This document shows positions 58,459-64,000 of a stretch of 64,000 nt of DNA, piece after piece. The stretch comes from Botryllus schlosseri (Eukaryota). The notes below the pieces were generated by a model. It had not been told where the DNA came from. It made no database searches and saw nothing but the letters and a program-made list of their open reading frames with translations. Every line of letters starts with the position of its first letter. Position 1 is the first letter of the stretch. Both the position numbers and the translations under genes were made by a program. The stretch lies in the NCBI GenBank assembly GCA_051294905.1, contig CM119384.1:23250001-23314000 (forward strand). The letters are read 5' to 3'.

Positions 58459-58777
58459 CTGAGAATTGAGACAATTATGATTTCAATTTATGATGAATCA
58501 AAACAGTTTCAACTCACCATGATTCCTTCTATACGCTGATAAAATCTGAAAAGAAAAAACTCATTGTATTATACAACCATGAAACACAATACGCTTTTCC
58601 CCACCTGCTGTAAGCTATTGGCCTGCGGAGTTAATGCTATCGTCTGTAAACAACACGAGAAAACGAGCACTATTGTGAAAGGTTCAAGATGCATAGAATA
58701 ATTTGAGTCAACATGAGAGCATAATGCAAAAACAGGTATAAAAAGCAGAGAATACGGAAAGTGCACATTTGAAAAAA

Positions 58778-61700
58778 TCATAGTTCCAAGGATCTCGTAT
58801 GAATACCGTATGATTCGACTATTCGTTTACAGTAGAAGTGAGACAGGGCCGATCGAAATTGCTCATAGGTAAAAATGGAAGCATTTTTCCGCACAAACCC
58901 AGAATTAACATCACCATGTGGTTTTTTCTCAAACAAAACTTTCCGGTAGATGTCAGCAGTCAGTTTGTTTACTTTTGAGAGCCCTTTACATGAGTACTTA
59001 TCCTCATTGCAATAATAAGTCTTTGCGGACAGACCAACGAAAATTTTCGATTGCGCCTCAATTTTGAAAAGACCACTGGTCCGTTGATCATATCGATTAC
59101 GAGCTTTACAACAGGCACGTTTATCATTGAACGAGAGAGGATTGGCCAAAAATTCATTACGGTGCTCGTCACAGGCGATTGCTGGAAATATTTGTGAAAA
59201 TTTTCCAAAAATTCTGCTTGTTTTTCTGGTCGTACAACTTTTAGCAGACTGTCAGAGGAGATAGCCCCGTACCAGCTGTCCGTGTCTGAATATGCTAGTT
59301 CAATGGACCGTGGCAGGAGGTAGGTAGACAGATACGAATGGAACCGTAATAAGGCCAATTTCGCATAACCATAGACAAAGTACCCAATGTGGTTAGGTTG
59401 GCTCCAAACATGTTTTCTCAATTTCATGGACACCTCAAAAATATCTGGTGACAACTCAATCATCGATTTAAATATGGAGTCATTTACCAAGACCATAGCT
59501 TTTTGGCGGCCAACAATCTTGACATCAGAATATTTTGTACAATTCGAGATAGTCTTCCTTATACAGGAGTTTCCAATGTCTTTATAGAACTGCCCCAGTG
59601 GCTTCTGAGACGGGTCATCGTCAGCCCGTCTTCTAGCCTCGGTTATCGTATCTACAAGAGAATTGAAACATTGAATGGGTTCAAACTCGACAGCTTGATA
59701 TACCTTAGTAATAATTAACCCGTTCTCTAGATACCACTTCAATAGTGGTGTTATTAACAATGTTTTTGTGGCCTGCAGAGTAGCAATCAAGAATTTCCGT
59801 GGCCGTTTCAAAAAACCATGTTGTTCAGCAAATGCTTTCATGTACGGTCCTATATCATCACGACTGACGTAAGCATGTTTGAACAGGGGACAGAAATCAC
59901 TAAAATGCTCTTTGAGATGACTAGGCACATGAATGTCGACCTCAACGGCCCCAAAAAATTGATCTTTTGACACCAACTCCAAGAGTTTCGAACTTGAAAG
60001 GACTCGACATTTCACCATTTTACTGGATTCGAGAGTTTGAATAAAGGTAGCTATATCACTTCGCTGGCGCATAACGACCCATTGACATTCTGTGATGTAC
60101 TCCAATTTATACCCCACTTTTTGAATATACTGGATTTTACGCTGCGTCGCGGCCCAGCGGGCTTGACGATCCGGGCTGGCTCCCAACTCGCAGCCGTGAC
60201 CGTGGTGAAAACATCCAAACAGCTCAAGTGCAACAGGCCCTTGTGGGGTCCTATAATACCCATCAATACAAATCTGGAGCAGGCCGATACGATGCTCAGG
60301 ACCATTGAATTGATGTTGGATTTTGACCCCCCGACAGTGCGCAATGTAGCTTAGCCATTGGTGAGCCATTTTTCCATAGAGCGGTGCCGTTTTTGTCCTG
60401 GAGAATAGAGTAAAATCTTCATTAGGTGACCACAGACAAGGATAGCCCCCCGGTAATCGTGAACGGAGAGTATCCAAATAGAGGCAATTCGAATCTAGGC
60501 CTAGCACCTGTTCTACAGGTAGAGCGTTATCACCATAGATTTGGGGTTTGATTTTTGTGACTTTAGCCTCTGCATATCGCAATGAAACAACAGAAAGCCC
60601 GCCACGTAGATTTTCACGTATCAAGGTGTGTATATGGCTATACTTTTGATTCAACAAGGTGAATACAGGTGGTATGCTATTAAACACCAACCGTGAGGCT
60701 AGCGAGGGCAAAGATATACCATGTTTAGCCATGTCAATTGAGTAACGAGCAAAGAGTTGCTTGTGCTTTGTGAGGGCCTCCAGTAACGGCCCGACATCTA
60801 AACTGACATAGAAAGATAGATAGTCACGAAAAGTAGTCATTTTATGTTCTACCCACTTTGATTGACACCAAAGATATTGTTCATCAGTTATATTAGACCG
60901 TTTCAGTTTGTTATAGAAATGTATGTGGTCTGGGAGAGATTTTTCATCCAATACTGATAAATCAGTGAAATAGTTATATGGAAAAAAAGCCTTCGTTGAA
61001 GCACAGTTATGAGAACGTATGTATGCGTCATAACTTGTACCGGCGCCGAGATACAAGGTCACATCCAAAAATCGAAACCGGTTAGTCGACAAAGACATAT
61101 ACGATGTGCCCCTCTTAACAATACTGATAGGGTCTGATAAGTACTCCACCAGATATGGGATAATCAAAGGTATATCATAACGAGACCCATTGAAAGAGAA
61201 TACAGGTAATTGACTCAAATAATTCAAAAAACGATGTTTCAATAAGGTCGCTGGGCTCATACGCTTGACATCAGGCTCAGCGGTATGCATTTCCTCAGCA
61301 ATACAATCTAATCGCTCCAACACGTCATGAAATTGCTGACATAATGACTGAAAAAAATCACTTTGGATCAATTCAAACCGTGACATCATCCTAGCGACCA
61401 GCGCTCCAGGGTCGCCATCACTAATCAGTACTTCTGGAGTCTCGTACCCCGGGAAATTACAGGCGAAGGCCACTGCGGCCGGGATATGATGATCTACATA
61501 GTGCACATTAGCAGTATCGTTTGGAGTCGAGCCTTTTTGTAATATACTCTCATAGTCAAAAACCAAGTTATACGGGTAGAAACGAGAGGGTTTGGGCACA
61601 ATTATACCCAACTCGTCCAACGCTTCAAATATAGTAGGCTCAGGCTTGAACATACCCCCACGGTAGTGGTTAGGAATGTCTTTAAAACAATTATGACGAT

Positions 61701-62658
61701 CGAGATAATATTTTGAGCTGAACAGGCGATGACAGGTCTCACAGCTATAATTCTTGCAATATAAGTTCAAATTTTTAATATAACAAAAATGTCTCCCTCC
61801 CTCTAAATGAACGTGAATTTTCAACCCCTCCCGAGCACCGTGTCGTAGTATATACCCGACTCCTTCTTTCAATGTATAAACACAGATAGATACTTTAAGA
61901 CACGACTCGACTTTATCTAGGTCGTTCATACACACCCCAGATGCAGGGTCCCCATATAAAGAGGAATATTGTGCCACCAGAGAGAGTGTTTTAGATTGTA
62001 AGGCATCATCATCACGATAATTACCACCACAAAGCATAACAGCAACACAACGGAAAATACAATAATGATCGTCATATGGTACACCACGTCGATTTTTCAT
62101 TAAATCCAAAACACCATGTGAATTCACAATAGACTTTGGTATTTCGATTGTACTACACCCTATTAATCTGAAGTCAGATTTGTACACGTAAAAGGTCACG
62201 TTTGTGACTGCCAAGACAACAAATTTAGTATCGTCTCTTTGAAAGCGAGCACTCTCGAAGCCCGCGGCCAGGTCTATATCGCTTACAAATTGGTCAAAGT
62301 CACTACGATTGGCAATCATTTTAGGTGTATCCAACATAACACCTGCGTTCTCGGACGCATGATAGTATCTCAATTCGCTTGTCTCAACATTATCAAGTAG
62401 GAACCCCAGGGCGTAATTGATACGAAAACCATACTGTTGTGAGACGAAGATGTCCTGTAGATCGTTGATGACGTCACTTGGGCTGCGGCCGAGTATACGG
62501 AAATTGTGTAGACTGCGTATACTGTGCGGTGCGAGTGTGGAGCTGCGAATGGAGTGCCAGTTTTCTTCCACGATCTCGATCAGATTTTCAGGTATACCCA
62601 AGCTGCTTGGTTGTGCAAAATCAGACACAATTCTAAAAAGGTTTCGTCGCCTAGACAT
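58778..62658 (-). pseudogene. polB: Protein-primed family B DNA polymerase (pPolB), 1-nt frameshift ~59185
   Basis: Exo motifs VFDYES, FNGSRYD, YVSLDV; Pol motifs LDSNCLY, K..GNS..RKT, YSDTDS; C-terminal GLFKIE...LSAKTYYC...KGLS in the second frame. Confidence 0.92.
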
Positions 62659-62772
62659 TCTGGAAACAAAAAAAAACACAGATTCAATAACAGGTAGCAC
62701 AAAACAGACATAAATACATATGATATTACAACATAAGCATGCGATAAAAACACGATAGTACATCAAAAACAG

Positions 62773-63246
62773 TTACACATTCGTATAAAATTTCATGGTG
62801 GCTCTGGCAGCTGACATCTCTTTGAGAAAGGCAACTTTCGCCCGCATGATGCGTTCCAAGGGTAATTGCATACGCAAATCCTGCCCGTTCGACTGAGATA
62901 GTATTTGTGAAATTTCTTGTTCTATCCGGTTATAATCTTGAGTGAATGTTTCATGAGAAGGAAAACTAGATCTTGAAAGTATATCATCCACTTCCCCCAG
63001 AATAGTGAACATCGCGTCAGATGGGGCGATTGAGATAGCCTCAACAATGGTCGCCTTGAGGTGCTCCATCATTCGTCTACTGTATTTACCAAACCTCTCA
63101 CCCCCAGGTCTACGTTTGGATGGGAATGCAGGAGGTTGGGTTGGATTTTCTACATTTTCTGGAATATCATTTGCTGGGCTAATAGCGTCCAACAGATCTA
63201 CCGGATAACCACCTTCCATCAATTCTGGTATCCCGTTATCAGCCAT
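62773..63246 (-). CDS. Acidic/helical ORF upstream of polB, possibly its first coding exon
   Basis: MADNGIPELMEGG...; ends AAT GT|GTAACT, which can splice in frame to the TTCCAG acceptor before MSRRR. Confidence 0.55.
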   Translation of the reverse strand: MADNGIPELMEGGYPVDLLDAISPANDIPENVENPTQPPAFPSKRRPGGERFGKYSRRMMEHLKATIVEAISIAPSDAMFTILGEVDDILSRSSFPSHETFTQDYNRIEQEISQILSQSNGQDLRMQLPLERIMRAKVAFLKEMSAARATMKFYTNV

Positions 63247-63278
63247 AGCTATGAGCAAAGATTTGTGACTGTAAGATC

Positions 63279-63640
63279 AATTTACACTTACTTAGAGACA
63301 CTGTAGCCACATGACAAGCAGAAGAAGGGACTCAACACAGTTTAACAGAGCCAGCAAGGAAGGAATTTTATGACCCTCTACTCGCCTTTTCCCCCAACCA
63401 TTTCAATATACATACAAACCTCTTTTTTCTCTAGTGCCATACTCGCATACCCAATTTACACTTACTTATAGACACTGTGAGCCACATGACAATTGGAAGA
63501 AGGTGCTTAAAACAGTTAAACAGAGCTAGCAAAATTCGGCAAGAAATTTTATGACACTCTACTTGGCCTTTTTCCCCCAACCATTTGAATATAAATACAA
63601 GGCTCTTTTTCCTCTAGTGACATACTTACAGACATAATTA
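63279..63640. repeat. Tandem duplication (~175-185 bp x2) in the divergent intergenic region
   Basis: AATTTACACTTACTTA(G/T)AGACACTGT...CCCCCAACCATTT...CTCTAGTG occurs twice. Confidence 0.8.
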
Positions 63641-63644
63641 CATC

Positions 63645-64000
63645 ATGGCATGTAAATACAACCCGTACGAAAATACTGCAACGAAGCGCAAGTTAGATAT
63701 TGACTTGAAACGAGCTGCCCCGTCTCGTATCCCAAATTTCGACAATGCTACCAGTCTCTATGGCACGCAAGTCAGCTTCGACGGACGTGTACAACTGGCG
63801 TCGACCAGACGATATGGACCCAAGATGACTTATATGAAAGTCTTGATCACAGATGGTAAAAAATCTCTACCAGGGGTGATATTCAATGACAAATTACTGG
63901 ACTGCATCGAAACTGCATACAGACAAGGTCATACTATGACATTCTGTAACATCAAGATCACTGCTGACGCAAGAACTGATGCCCCGTCATTAATCATTGG
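63645..64000 (+). CDS. Partial ORF, putative OB-fold ssDNA-binding protein (runs off the window)
   Basis: Stop-free from ATG 63645: MACKYNPY...VSFDGRVQ...MTYMKVLITDGKKSLPGVIFND...YRQGHTMTFCNIKI; TATAAA at 63590; absent from the ORF track because it has no stop. Confidence 0.55.
   Translation, partial: MACKYNPYENTATKRKLDIDLKRAAPSRIPNFDNATSLYGTQVSFDGRVQLASTRRYGPKMTYMKVLITDGKKSLPGVIFNDKLLDCIETAYRQGHTMTFCNIKITADARTDAPSLII

Larger units (their letters stand above)
46881..64000 (-). mobile_element. Polinton/Maverick (adintovirus-like) endogenous DNA virus, partly decayed, extends past the window end
   Basis: Co-oriented pPolB, packaging ATPase, rve integrase, penton-like genes, MCP and adenain protease; left end tentatively at AGAGAG (46881). 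Confidence 0.93.

Noticed and set aside
62659-62766. Hydrophobic Cys-rich N-terminus of the 1265-aa ORF as a signal or TM segment of pPolB
   Set aside because: It is the translation of a T-rich intron-like tract ending in a splice acceptor.
16619-63258. Functional link between the gB-like env and the Polinton (fusogen-bearing Maverick)
   Set aside because: The env lies within its own LTRs ~28 kb away, inside a Gypsy element; proximity alone gives no support.

Overview
Repeat-dense animal (probably invertebrate) genomic DNA with almost no intact host genes. (1) 0.2-5 kb: hAT-type non-autonomous elements and transposase remnants. (2) 6-22 kb: a ~153-bp satellite array split by three Ty3/Gypsy insertions. 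These are a 3'-truncated CsRN1-clade element, a deleted CsRN1-family copy, and a Mag-type element with identical LTRs. The Mag integrase is itself interrupted by a 2.9-kb LTR element with identical LTRs and a 4-bp TSD, whose only ORF resembles the C-terminal two-thirds of a herpesvirus gB-like (class III) fusogen. (3) 22-46 kb: MITEs with 8-bp TSDs, a pentraxin-domain exon with one in-frame TGA, an RNase H-bearing I/Nimb-like LINE inside a hAT element, a CR1/L2-group LINE split by a long-TIR element, Kelch pseudo-exons and a THAP-containing inverted-repeat element. (4) ~46.9 kb to the window end: a partly decayed Polinton/Maverick (adintovirus-like) endogenous virus. It carries pPolB, a packaging ATPase split by a P element, integrase-chromodomain, THREE tandem penton-like paralogues, a major capsid protein, an adenain protease, amphipathic QxGxG proteins, apparently spliced accessory genes and a divergent OB-fold-like ORF. 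All homology calls come from motif recognition by eye; no database search was run.
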